Shown here: positions 37,471 to 47,523 of the stretch, piece after piece
Layout: each line of letters opens with the position of its first letter
Numbering within the stretch: position 1 is the stretch's first letter
Source: a virus
Direction: 5' to 3' (one strand)
Virus record (IMG/VR): IMGVR_UViG_3300032268_001296
Coordinates: 32,001 to 96,000 of that record
DNA length: 64,000 nucleotides
The notes under the pieces: model-generated
Databases searched by the model: none
What the model saw: only the letters and a program-made list of their open reading frames with translations
Told to the model about the DNA's origin: nothing
Translations under genes and position numbers: made by a program

Positions 37471-40400
37471 TTACTTTCTCAATGAGCCTCCCAATCTCTT
37501 TTCGTCTTGAATAACTTTAAGAACAACATCTTTGATTTGTCGTGCAAGCTGTTGTTTTTGTTCTGATGCGCCTCCATCGGTTGTTTGAGAAGATTTGCCA
37601 GTTGATCCATCAACATTGATGGTGATATTTCCAGCTGCGCTAGAAGCTTCAATAAGCTCGTCAAGCTTGGCGATGAGCTTCTCGTTCAACTCTTCAGTCT
37701 TTTCTTCTGTGACGATGCTTCCTGCGCCAGCATTGAGCGCTTGTAGATTACCAGCACCAATGTTTTGAGCAGCAGAGCGATTCATAATGAATTCGCCGCC
37801 TGAAAGCATTGCTGGAACTGTGTCGATTCCAGCTCTGAAAGGAATTGAACCTCCAGTTGCAAATCTTTCGTTTGCGCGTTCTTCTATATACTGTCCTTGC
37901 GCGTCAAATGGACCAGTAGTGAATGCTGGTATGTTATTATTATAAACACCATTATTAGATCCTCCAAAATTTAATGGAGAAACTCCTAAACCTCCCAAAG
38001 CAGAATTTACTTCATTTATTTGATCATTATCATATGGATTCACATTATATCCATTTGGAGCATTTTTATTTTTTGATGTTGAATATGATCCCCCAGAACT
38101 AAATAAATTAGATAAACCACCTTTTCCTTCAAAACCACTCCAAATTCCTTTAGCCGCATCAGTTAATCGTGCTGTTCCAGTTGCACCAGATCCAGCGTAA
38201 GCCTTAAAGAATCCAGATCCAGCAGCTAATACCACCGACAATATGAGTTGCTTTTTCAGTGCATCTTTTTCCGCTTCTGCTTGTTTTCTTGCTTCAGCTT
38301 GAGCTTGCATTTCTTGCATATACAAACCAAAAGCTTGTTCTTTCGCAGCTCTAGTTGCTTCAGCTTGAGGACTGTTATTGCGTCCAAAATTTGTCAATCT
38401 AACACTTTCTGGTTCCAAGTTTATAGAAGCATAATTTCCTTGATTTATTATCTGATCTCTAGATCCAGAAGTATATCCTTGAGTTGCAAACTTAAGTAAG
38501 TTGCGAGTTCCTTGAATTCCGCCAAGTCCATAAGTTCCTGGAGTAAAGAAACCTCCTTGACCACTTTGTATCATTCCTCCTTTTGCGTAACCGCCTAATG
38601 TTCCATTATTGATTGCTTCTAAAAATTGAGGTCCATATTTACCAACTGACTTTTTGTTGATAACATATTCGCCGCCCATTAACATTGCAGGGACATCATC
38701 TTTGGTTCCCGATCCACCTGAAATCATTCCTCCAGAGGCTTTGCCATTTCCTGCAAAAATTTTAGAAATGGATGAAAATACTCCTGAAGATGAATTTGGA
38801 TTTGATCCAAGAATCGAATCTATAGCATTAGACATTAATTTCTTGTTCAATTGTCTTACAAAATCTAAAGCTCCAGCTCTAAGAGTATCACTTAATGATT
38901 TTCCACCTTCAATAGCTTCAGAAATACCATCTACTAAATTATTTTTAAATTGAACGGAAGCATCAACGATTGTCTTATTAAGCTCCAACGTTCTTTCTTC
39001 GTTAGTTTTACTAAACTCTTCTGCAAACAACTGAGGGATTGTTTTTACCTGTCTTTTTCTCGCTATTCTTGCCGCTTCTTCTGGGCTTTGTCCTCTTTGC
39101 TGATTAAGAGTTTCTATTTCATAAGCAATTTCAGCGTTTCTTCTTCCAGATATAGAAGTTAATTTTTCTAATTCTAAATCTTGAATTTTTCGATCAATGA
39201 TATCTGTAGAATCAAGCAGAGATCTTCTAAACATTTCTAAAGCTGATATAACTGGCTCTATTGCTCCAGCTTCTCTTGTGCGAGCATCTGCTGCCGCTTG
39301 GGATGATTCAGCGTCTAATTGAAGACTTTCAGATTCTTGTTTCAATTTTAGGATAAAGTCTTTGATAGCTTGATTATCTTCTTCATTAAATCTAGTCGCG
39401 CCAATAAGGTTTTCAGCTTCTGTTATTAAGCTGCTCATAGTTTTCGCGCTTTCAAAAGCATTCCTATATGTCATTGCTGAAATATCATCTGTTGGTTTTG
39501 CTAAACCCAACAATTCCCCCCTTTTTTCTTCGAGCATTTTATTATAATTTGCAGCATTTTGCACAGCCACAGTATTAGCTTCAATCGCAGCGATTTGAGC
39601 GTCTATTACTCTAATTTCTTCAGTTGATCTACCTAATTTTGAAGCTTGTAATTGAGAAATTCGCTGAGTATTTGAAAACTCAGATCTTCTTGAAGATATG
39701 TCTATACCAAAAGCTCTTTGTTGGGAAGCTCTTTGTGCGGAAGAGATTATATCTTTTATTGTTGATGCTTGGTTTTTATATTCCTCTGTTTTTTGTTGTT
39801 GAGTTTTTAAATCTTCCTTATCTAAATTATATTTCTTTAGAAGATTATCTAAAATCTGTTCATTTTCTTTTCTCTGAGCTTCTGTGAGATTAGTTCCAGT
39901 ACCCAACAATATATTTATTTCTCCTAGTAATTTAGTAACTGTATCTTTATTTTTGAAATCATCTTCTGAAAAAGTTTTTAATTGTTCTTCTAGCTTAATT
40001 GTTTGTTTTTTATCTGCTACAAGCAATTTAGCTTTATCAATCTGTCCTTTGAGAAGATTAGAAGTTTCGTCTATTAATTTTCTATCTAAATCGCGCAAAG
40101 CTATTTTATTCTCTAAACTTCTAATATCTTTTTCGCTTAAATTATTAAGCTCCTTGGCAGAAAGCAATTGAAGATCTAATTCTTGAGTAGTTCTTTGTTG
40201 TGCAATTGAAAGATCAATAGTATTCTTTAATTGATTTTGAGCATAAGAAATATTCATTAAATCTAATGCTTCTTTAGCAGTATCTGCAAATGCATTCTTA
40301 AGATCTATAGTTGCATCATATATTCTAAGAATTTCACTTTTTACAGCTTCGCTATTTATGTCAAATCCTATTTTTTGATCATCCGTTAATTGGCTTAAAA

Positions 40401-43400
40401 TTGCATTTTGAATCATTCCTATCCCTGTATTTGGATTTGGAGTAGATCCACTTTTTAAATTTTCCAAATCAGACATTATATCTTGTCTAGATTTACCAAT
40501 AAACTCTTTTCCAATAGTTCCTGTTGGAGATAAATCTAAATTTCTTTTTGCATTTTTTAACTGCGATGATGTAAATATTAATTTAGAAAAAGAACCTGTT
40601 AATTCATCTACTTCTTTAACAGTTATTTTCCCATCTGCTGATTTTTTTCTTATTTCATCCCACATTCTGTTATAGCTCACACCAGCAGCGTCTGCATTTT
40701 TAACAACATCTACTAAACTTTTTTCTAATTCTCCAGCTGTAAAGAAATCTGAGCCTTCAAAATCAGCCATAAAACGAGCTGTCATGCTCTCTCTTGCTGC
40801 TCCTCTGACTAAACCTATTGCCGAAGATTCTATTTTCTTTTTTCCTGGTTCAGATAAATTTTCAAATGTAAATGCCGCATTTTTCACCGCTTCGGACATC
40901 TTGGCTATATTAGCTGTAGCTGCTTTAGTAATACCATAATATTCATCCATTATTTTTCCACCAGCCGAAAAAGATGCTATTGCTCCAGCTGCTGCTAATC
41001 CATATGGCCCTAACTTTGCTAACGCTGGACCTACTTTTCCGCCAATTTGGCCTAAACCTTGAATAGCGAATGCTGCTGTCACAAAACCTCCAGCACTTTC
41101 TGATACTATATTAGTATATTTTGCAAGTTGTGATGAAGCATCACTTGTAGCTCCAGTCAATATACTAAATGCTCCTTGCAACGCAAAGATAGTTCCAAGC
41201 ATATCTTTTTGTCCACCTTGTGCTTGAACAGTAGCTTCTTTACCAGTTAAGGTTTTGCCTTTACCAAAAGCTCCTTTTGACTGTTCAATGATTGCTTTTC
41301 GAGTTGCATCTGAAGATTTTTTAAGAGCTTCTCTATCATCTTCTAGAGCTTTTATTCTATCTTGCGCTGCTTTTTTGTTTTTACCTCTAGCTTGTTTTTC
41401 ATCAGCCGTTGCTTTTCTTAATTCAGTTATAAGATCTGCATAAGCTTTTCCATAATTTCTAGATTCTTCCGCTAAAGCATCACTTCTTGTTTTACCTACG
41501 TATCCAGAAATGTCTGGCGCATCTGCATAATTCGGCACAAATCCACTTGCCGCACCATATGTTTGCGGATTCATGCCTTCTTTTCTTGCTCTATTGATTC
41601 CTTGAAATCCACCTGCTGGTTCATCACGGCGATTAGCAACCATTAATCCCATTGGATTAGCCGCGTTTTTAAGAGATGAATTTTTGTCTATGTAGATTTG
41701 AGAAGCAGGAACTCCCGCAGCCATTTCACGGTTAACTGCATCTTTAAGAGGATTTGCAAAATTTGGCAAGAAGCCTTTTGCGGCTGTTTTCTTTTTTTTG
41801 CTGTCTATATAGTTGAGCATTTTATCAACTACGTCTCTAGCTGGAGATCCAGTAATTCGCGCAAAACCTGGATCAATAAGACTAGCAACTCCACCATTAG
41901 ATGCCATTTCTCTCAATAAAGTCAGCGATCCAATCGGATCTGAAGGATAAGTTGAAAACTTACTCAAGTAATTCTCAGCGTTTTTATTAAGTATATAATT
42001 AGATCCATGTAAATCAGTAAGATCTAAACCTTTGGTTTTTACAGCGGAGCGTAGAGTTCCAAGTCCAAACAATCTAGCTTTGTCAGAACCAAGTGCTATC
42101 TTTCCAAGTTTACCAGATATAATTTCTTTTCTTATTGCTCCTCGTCTGTTGGATTCATTGAAACCAGACAATGTTTTTGGACCATAAATACCTGGGATGT
42201 TCAAATATCTATTGATATACTGACTGATCAACCATTCCTGAGAAAGTGCGTTTTTTGGACCATCTTTATAAAACTTCTTAACACCAACATCTATTCCCTC
42301 TTTTGTTCCAAGTCTTAAAAATCTAGCTTCTGCACCAGATCCAATTTCTCTACTTTTGCTAACAAAGTTTGGGATGTAACCCTTAGCGGCATTAGGAGAT
42401 TTTCTAGCTTTGGATTGTTGACTTATTTGAGATAATATTTTTGGAGCGATGTCTCCATCGTTCATTGACTTTTTGATAAGAGTATTAACTTGACCTTGAA
42501 AATTTTCCGTAGACCCACCTCCTCTTTTCGCATCACCTCTTACAGCTTTTACTCCCAACATTTGATTCATTGCAGCTGGGTTAGTAAAATCAAATGGTCT
42601 ATTTTCATTTTTTGGATCAAATGAATCAGAAAGACCTTTCATTGTAGTCAATGCAGCTTTACTAGCAGCTTCAAAAAGCTGACCTTCTGCACCCGCAGGA
42701 AGAATTCCTCCTGTGGATGTAGATTTAAGATTTCCTAATTGATCTGCAAATTCTCCCGCTTGCATTCCAGAATAAAGTCGCCCATATAAAGATTGAGCGA
42801 GCGTCACGATTGGACCAGCAAAAAGTTTATTGATTTCTGAAGATATTTGTTCGAAATTCTTTTTAGTAGGAACTCCAGTTTGTTGAATATTGCTTAAAAT
42901 GATTTGATCATCATCTAAAATACCTCGCGGCTTATTTTTTTTAAAATCAGAACCTTTTAGTTTTGCCGAAACATATCCAGAAGCATCTCCATTCCTCGGA
43001 GTGACTAAAGCGATTCCTCCTAAAGTATTTGCGTCAATTTTGAAATCGAGAGCGCCTTCTTTAAGTTTCTGCTGTCTTACCTTATCTTCTGTTTGTTTTC
43101 TTTGTGTAGCAATAGATGGATTTCTTTTAAGAACGTTATCAATATTTGATTGGTAAGTTTCTAGGCCATTAGGGAAAACGAATTTTTTTCCACCTGGTTC
43201 TTTTCTGTAGCTTTCTAAATCTGGATAATATTGTCTAATAGTGTCTGCTAAATCAGCAAAGTTTGGTATAAATCCAAAAGAAAGATTTTTTATATATTTC
43301 CCAAAATCATCAATTTTTCTAGGTCTTCCATATTTATTCGATCTATATTTATCAGTATTGATTAAATCTTGTTTTAACGTTTTTGCTTTTGAAAAATTTC

Positions 43401-45741
43401 CTCTATCTGATTCATCAGAATGAACTAGCAAACCATTTACTTTGATATTATCTTTATTTTTTGTCCAAACATCTAAAGGTAAATTACGACCATAATTTTC
43501 TATATTCGCTCTTAAAAATTTTAATTTTACATCACTATCGTCCCAAGACCCACTTTTAACCTCTAAAAGAGAAGTTGGACCTTTGAAGCCGTCCACTGCT
43601 GAATTTTCCTTTCCGAACATTCCTCCAGTAGTATATCCATACTGCTTAGCGATTCTTTTCTCATAATCATTAGTTGATTCTCCTTTATTTCTAGGGACGT
43701 ACAATTTTTGATATCCATTTCCAATCAAGTTAACATTATCGTCTTTTGATAATCTTCCATCTGAAGATTGAGATATATTAATTTTTGGCACAAGAGTCGT
43801 ACTAAAATATTTTACTATTTCAGAAACTTTTGCAAAATTTGGAATCAATCCGCCAGATGCAGTGATCTTCTTAGCTCCAGATGGCAAGCCCATAGAGCGA
43901 ACCATGTCTCTGTTAAAGATAGCTGTTCCGCCACTTCCTCCAAAATTAGGAACCGCATATTCTCCAGTATGAGCTACAATAGATCCTTTTTTGCCTTGAC
44001 CAAAATTAAAATTAGGAATAACAACTGGACGATCTCCAGCTTTTGCACCACCAACACCTTTTTTAATGTCGGATGATTCTTGCGATACAGCAGGCATGTA
44101 TCCGCCAGCCGCTTTAGGAACTCTTAAGCCTTCTCCAGAGCTTCTTACTCCTTGTTGATAAAGAGGAGCTGCTAGCGAGCTTGCTGTAGAAGCCATTCTT
44201 CTCATTGCTGCTTCTTGCATTACAATAGCGTCAGACATGACTTTGATCTGAGCCGTGCGATTTCCTTCTAATGCAAAAAGTTGACGCTGAAGATTGATAT
44301 TCTTAGAAAGAGCTGAAGCAATAGACTGTTCAACATTTTGAATCTCTTTTGCTGCTTTACCAATTCCAAAGAAACCTTTTAAGCTTGCAAAACCAAATTG
44401 CGCAAGATCTTTTGAAAGCTTTAAGATAATAGCTGCAAATAAAGCTAAGCCTGGACCTGTAACAAGATTTCCAATACCTTTAGCTAAACCTCTGAAAACA
44501 TCTCCCAACGCACTTTCTTCGCCAAGAATTTTTTGGATACTTTCTAGAAGGCCATTAAAGAATCCAAGTAAACTTTTAGCACTGTCAGTGATGCCAATTT
44601 TTCCCAATGTAGCTCCAAGCTGTTCTGCACTTAAAGATGTCTTATTGATTAAAGCAGCTAATGTAACATTTAGAGCCGCATTCTTTTCATAAGCTTGATT
44701 GGTGCTTTTCAAAGATACTTCGGTAGCTTTAAAAGCTACTGAAGATTGACTGCTCAAATCCTCTAAAGTTGCTAATAATTTATCAATCTGGAATCCGCCA
44801 CCAACTTTTTCAGTAATCTCTGCGAGCTGTACTTGATTAAGACTTTTAATTGTTGCCGCTAAGTTTTCGAGAAGTTTTGTAGCTGGCAGTATCTTGCCTT
44901 GAACATCTGTGACAGAAACTCCAAGCTGTTGTAAAGCTTCTAATGTATCTGTTCTTTGCAATCTTGTGAAGATCGTTTTAAACGAGTTACCAATAACTGC
45001 TCCACCAACTGATGTCTTTTCTTGAACTGCCGTAATAATACCAACCAACTCATCAAAAGAAACTCCAGCCTGTTTCGCAACAGATGACGATCTCTTAAGA
45101 CCTTCAATCAAATCCTTTTCAGAAACTGAATATTTTTGAGAAACAGTAACTAATTTGTTTAAAACTTCAGATGTTGTAATGCCTGTGCTTTTAAAAGCAT
45201 TAACTGCCGCAGTTAAACCAGAAACAGATCTTTCTGCATCCAATCCAGAAAGGCGAGTTAGAATAAGAGCATCATTAATTCTTTTAAGAGACTCTTCAGT
45301 ACTTAAACCTTGTCTAGCTAATTCAAGAGCGCCTTTTGCAACAGCATCAAATGATTGACCTGTATTTTTAGCTACGTTGAATAAAGAGTTTCCGAATTTG
45401 TCTAATTCAGAAGAACTTTTTTGGAAGACAGAATTGATTTCTGTTAAAGACTTTTCAACTGCAATAGTGTTCTTAACCAAAGAACTAAAAGCGCTAGATA
45501 CACTATTAATAATACCAACAGAAGCTCCGAACGCAAATACGCGAGCATTTGCCGCTTCCATCGACTTAGTGAATTCGTCAGCTTGTCCAGTAATGCGGCC
45601 AAGAGGTTGAGCTAATGCATTAATTTGACGGGAATTCGTTCCCAAATTAATTTGAGCGCCCTTGCCCGCATTTTTCAATGCTGCTTGAATGCTTGCTTCT
45701 AACCCTGTTTGTGTTACTGGTATCTGAACTGACGCTGGCAT
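37471..45741 (-). CDS. Tail tape measure protein with internal nuclease-like and kinase-like cargo domains
   Basis: N-terminal TP901-type TMP core (ELARQG, GNSFKTIFTRL), long helical region, C-terminal GG...VPAML.GGE(Y/F) motifs; SD AAGGAG. Confidence 0.9.
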   Translation of the reverse strand: MPASVQIPVTQTGLEASIQAALKNAGKGAQINLGTNSRQINALAQPLGRITGQADEFTKSMEAANARVFAFGASVGIINSVSSAFSSLVKNTIAVEKSLTEINSVFQKSSSELDKFGNSLFNVAKNTGQSFDAVAKGALELARQGLSTEESLKRINDALILTRLSGLDAERSVSGLTAAVNAFKSTGITTSEVLNKLVTVSQKYSVSEKDLIEGLKRSSSVAKQAGVSFDELVGIITAVQEKTSVGGAVIGNSFKTIFTRLQRTDTLEALQQLGVSVTDVQGKILPATKLLENLAATIKSLNQVQLAEITEKVGGGFQIDKLLATLEDLSSQSSVAFKATEVSLKSTNQAYEKNAALNVTLAALINKTSLSAEQLGATLGKIGITDSAKSLLGFFNGLLESIQKILGEESALGDVFRGLAKGIGNLVTGPGLALFAAIILKLSKDLAQFGFASLKGFFGIGKAAKEIQNVEQSIASALSKNINLQRQLFALEGNRTAQIKVMSDAIVMQEAAMRRMASTASSLAAPLYQQGVRSSGEGLRVPKAAGGYMPAVSQESSDIKKGVGGAKAGDRPVVIPNFNFGQGKKGSIVAHTGEYAVPNFGGSGGTAIFNRDMVRSMGLPSGAKKITASGGLIPNFAKVSEIVKYFSTTLVPKINISQSSDGRLSKDDNVNLIGNGYQKLYVPRNKGESTNDYEKRIAKQYGYTTGGMFGKENSAVDGFKGPTSLLEVKSGSWDDSDVKLKFLRANIENYGRNLPLDVWTKNKDNIKVNGLLVHSDESDRGNFSKAKTLKQDLINTDKYRSNKYGRPRKIDDFGKYIKNLSFGFIPNFADLADTIRQYYPDLESYRKEPGGKKFVFPNGLETYQSNIDNVLKRNPSIATQRKQTEDKVRQQKLKEGALDFKIDANTLGGIALVTPRNGDASGYVSAKLKGSDFKKNKPRGILDDDQIILSNIQQTGVPTKKNFEQISSEINKLFAGPIVTLAQSLYGRLYSGMQAGEFADQLGNLKSTSTGGILPAGAEGQLFEAASKAALTTMKGLSDSFDPKNENRPFDFTNPAAMNQMLGVKAVRGDAKRGGGSTENFQGQVNTLIKKSMNDGDIAPKILSQISQQSKARKSPNAAKGYIPNFVSKSREIGSGAEARFLRLGTKEGIDVGVKKFYKDGPKNALSQEWLISQYINRYLNIPGIYGPKTLSGFNESNRRGAIRKEIISGKLGKIALGSDKARLFGLGTLRSAVKTKGLDLTDLHGSNYILNKNAENYLSKFSTYPSDPIGSLTLLREMASNGGVASLIDPGFARITGSPARDVVDKMLNYIDSKKKKTAAKGFLPNFANPLKDAVNREMAAGVPASQIYIDKNSSLKNAANPMGLMVANRRDEPAGGFQGINRARKEGMNPQTYGAASGFVPNYADAPDISGYVGKTRSDALAEESRNYGKAYADLITELRKATADEKQARGKNKKAAQDRIKALEDDREALKKSSDATRKAIIEQSKGAFGKGKTLTGKEATVQAQGGQKDMLGTIFALQGAFSILTGATSDASSQLAKYTNIVSESAGGFVTAAFAIQGLGQIGGKVGPALAKLGPYGLAAAGAIASFSAGGKIMDEYYGITKAATANIAKMSEAVKNAAFTFENLSEPGKKKIESSAIGLVRGAARESMTARFMADFEGSDFFTAGELEKSLVDVVKNADAAGVSYNRMWDEIRKKSADGKITVKEVDELTGSFSKLIFTSSQLKNAKRNLDLSPTGTIGKEFIGKSRQDIMSDLENLKSGSTPNPNTGIGMIQNAILSQLTDDQKIGFDINSEAVKSEILRIYDATIDLKNAFADTAKEALDLMNISYAQNQLKNTIDLSIAQQRTTQELDLQLLSAKELNNLSEKDIRSLENKIALRDLDRKLIDETSNLLKGQIDKAKLLVADKKQTIKLEEQLKTFSEDDFKNKDTVTKLLGEINILLGTGTNLTEAQRKENEQILDNLLKKYNLDKEDLKTQQQKTEEYKNQASTIKDIISSAQRASQQRAFGIDISSRRSEFSNTQRISQLQASKLGRSTEEIRVIDAQIAAIEANTVAVQNAANYNKMLEEKRGELLGLAKPTDDISAMTYRNAFESAKTMSSLITEAENLIGATRFNEEDNQAIKDFILKLKQESESLQLDAESSQAAADARTREAGAIEPVISALEMFRRSLLDSTDIIDRKIQDLELEKLTSISGRRNAEIAYEIETLNQQRGQSPEEAARIARKRQVKTIPQLFAEEFSKTNEERTLELNKTIVDASVQFKNNLVDGISEAIEGGKSLSDTLRAGALDFVRQLNKKLMSNAIDSILGSNPNSSSGVFSSISKIFAGNGKASGGMISGGSGTKDDVPAMLMGGEYVINKKSVGKYGPQFLEAINNGTLGGYAKGGMIQSGQGGFFTPGTYGLGGIQGTRNLLKFATQGYTSGSRDQIINQGNYASINLEPESVRLTNFGRNNSPQAEATRAAKEQAFGLYMQEMQAQAEARKQAEAEKDALKKQLILSVVLAAGSGFFKAYAGSGATGTARLTDAAKGIWSGFEGKGGLSNLFSSGGSYSTSKNKNAPNGYNVNPYDNDQINEVNSALGGLGVSPLNFGGSNNGVYNNNIPAFTTGPFDAQGQYIEERANERFATGGSIPFRAGIDTVPAMLSGGEFIMNRSAAQNIGAGNLQALNAGAGSIVTEEKTEELNEKLIAKLDELIEASSAAGNITINVDGSTGKSSQTTDGGASEQKQQLARQIKDVVLKVIQDEKRLGGSLRK
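41524..44112 (-). repeat. Six dispersed copies of an AxxG[FYL][ILMV]PN[FY]A-like peptide within TMP
   Basis: AAGGYMPA 44089-44112; ASGGLIPNFA 43831-43860; LSFGFIPNFA 43255-43284; AAKGYIPNFV 42361-42390; AAKGFLPNFA 41755-41784; AASGFVPNYA 41524-41553. Confidence 0.9.
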
Positions 45742-45786
45742 AAATAGTCCTTACTCCTTTTCACTATTTACACAAAAAAGCGTTTT

Positions 45787-46764
45787 TCATCCCATTAATT
45801 TCATCAAATCTTCCATATTCATACTGCCTCCATTTTTACTAAGCTCTTCTGAAAGACTAATTTTTTTAGCACTTGGATCAACAAACGATAAATCTTCTTT
45901 TGTTGCTCCGAAAACAGCAGTCGCTCCATTATCAGAATTTTTGAATTTTTCAGCAACCTTTCCAGAATTACGCTTGGATTCTGAGAATCTTAATACATCA
46001 GATGGATTCTTTTTTATACTATCTGGTATGTCTTCGTTATATTGGAAGATGTTGAAGAATATTCTAGCGTATAAAGCAAGTTTCAATTGATAAACGGAAA
46101 GTTGAATGATGGGCTTTCCATAGAAAGAAAAAAGGTTTTCAGTTTGAGATAAATACATATTGAAGAAATCTCTCAAGACTGCGTGTTGAATATGATCTTC
46201 GTTTAATCTGTTGCTGCACATTTGATGCTGCTTTATCAAATAACCAATATCGTAATCATTTATTTCTGCAAAACTTTCTTCTGTAAATAAATGTTCTTTT
46301 AAAGAAGGATCTTTGTATATAATATAGCGAATAAATTCCTCATTAGATCTTGAAGATCCATAATCTTCAGCAGTTTTACCCACAACCTCTTTTCTTTTTA
46401 CTTTAAGGATGTGAAGATCTTTTGATCTTTCGTCAATCGATTCTTGAGTTTTCTCTTTTTGAGAAGGAAGAACTAAATTAGATTTTGTCTGTTTAAGATT
46501 AGAAACCTCACTTTCTAATTCAGCTATTTTTCTATCGTCTTCCTCCGACCATAAACCATCGGCAACCAACTGATCAAGCATTTGCTTTTCAGTTGGTATG
46601 CCTTTTTTGATGGCTATGTTTTTGTATTTTTCGTAGTACTTATGAATATATCTTTGATCGCGAATAGAAAAATGCTTTAGATAAACAGGTTGACCTTTGT
46701 AATCAAACTCTGTATATCCATCAAATATCTCTCCTACGATAGCGATATATTCTTCTTCGCTCAC
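45787..46764 (-). CDS. Probable tail assembly chaperone (pre-TMP)
   Basis: Immediately upstream of TMP; helical and acidic. Confidence 0.5.
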   Translation of the reverse strand: MSEEEYIAIVGEIFDGYTEFDYKGQPVYLKHFSIRDQRYIHKYYEKYKNIAIKKGIPTEKQMLDQLVADGLWSEEDDRKIAELESEVSNLKQTKSNLVLPSQKEKTQESIDERSKDLHILKVKRKEVVGKTAEDYGSSRSNEEFIRYIIYKDPSLKEHLFTEESFAEINDYDIGYLIKQHQMCSNRLNEDHIQHAVLRDFFNMYLSQTENLFSFYGKPIIQLSVYQLKLALYARIFFNIFQYNEDIPDSIKKNPSDVLRFSESKRNSGKVAEKFKNSDNGATAVFGATKEDLSFVDPSAKKISLSEELSKNGGSMNMEDLMKLMG

Positions 46765-47522
46765 AGTTCGTTACTTTCTAATCTTGTCATCAAAGAATCA
46801 AATGAATCTTTGTCAGAAGCTTGATTAAAGAACCAGAAAGCTAGAATTGTCGCAGCCTTCTTAGTAATCAAGAAATACAACGGATCTTCAGATTCTTCTC
46901 TACGATAATATTCTTCAAGACGATCTTCAAAATCCCCACTGCCAAAATATGAAGATGGAGATTCTTCCCCTTCCTCTTGAATGTAAGTCAACATAATAAC
47001 ATACCAAAGAATAAGTCTATTTTGAGCTTTAACATCTGCGGTATGATCAAAGAGTGATTGATAATTAGATTCAAATTCTACAATTTGGCGACGAACATTT
47101 GCGAGTTCAGTTGTAATTTCTTCAACTCGCGCCTTTTGCTTGTCAGTCTTGTTTTGAATAATCTCTAATCTTGAATACTCATTTTGAATATCAAAAACCT
47201 TTTTGTAAGAATCTACCAAAGACTTAGCATCATCTTCGCTCATTAAGCCTCCTGTATCACTATACTTTTTAGCCAACATAGCTTTTGTCAGGATGCCCTT
47301 TTTGACACACTTACTCATTTCAACACTAAACTCAAGTTCAGCTTCTTCTAATTCTCTACGAGAAGGTCTCTTCAATTTAATCGTAACTGGAACTGAAGTT
47401 TTGATCTTCTTTTTGACCGTGATTTCTTCTTTGGTCTTCTTGTCAATCTTTGTTGTTACTTCTTCCTTTTCGATTTCCTTATCAACACTGAAGCTATATA
47501 GCTCTTTGATTTTGTTTTCCAT
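46761..47522 (-). CDS. Probable tail assembly chaperone
   Basis: Position; IKLKRPSRRE motif and coiled coil. Confidence 0.5.
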   Translation of the reverse strand: MENKIKELYSFSVDKEIEKEEVTTKIDKKTKEEITVKKKIKTSVPVTIKLKRPSRRELEEAELEFSVEMSKCVKKGILTKAMLAKKYSDTGGLMSEDDAKSLVDSYKKVFDIQNEYSRLEIIQNKTDKQKARVEEITTELANVRRQIVEFESNYQSLFDHTADVKAQNRLILWYVIMLTYIQEEGEESPSSYFGSGDFEDRLEEYYRREESEDPLYFLITKKAATILAFWFFNQASDKDSFDSLMTRLESNEL

Positions 47523-47523
47523 T

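Noticed and set aside
45787-47522. Programmed frameshift between the tail chaperone genes
   Set aside because: The ORFs overlap by GTGA, which fits translational coupling; I could not identify a convincing slippery heptamer at the junction
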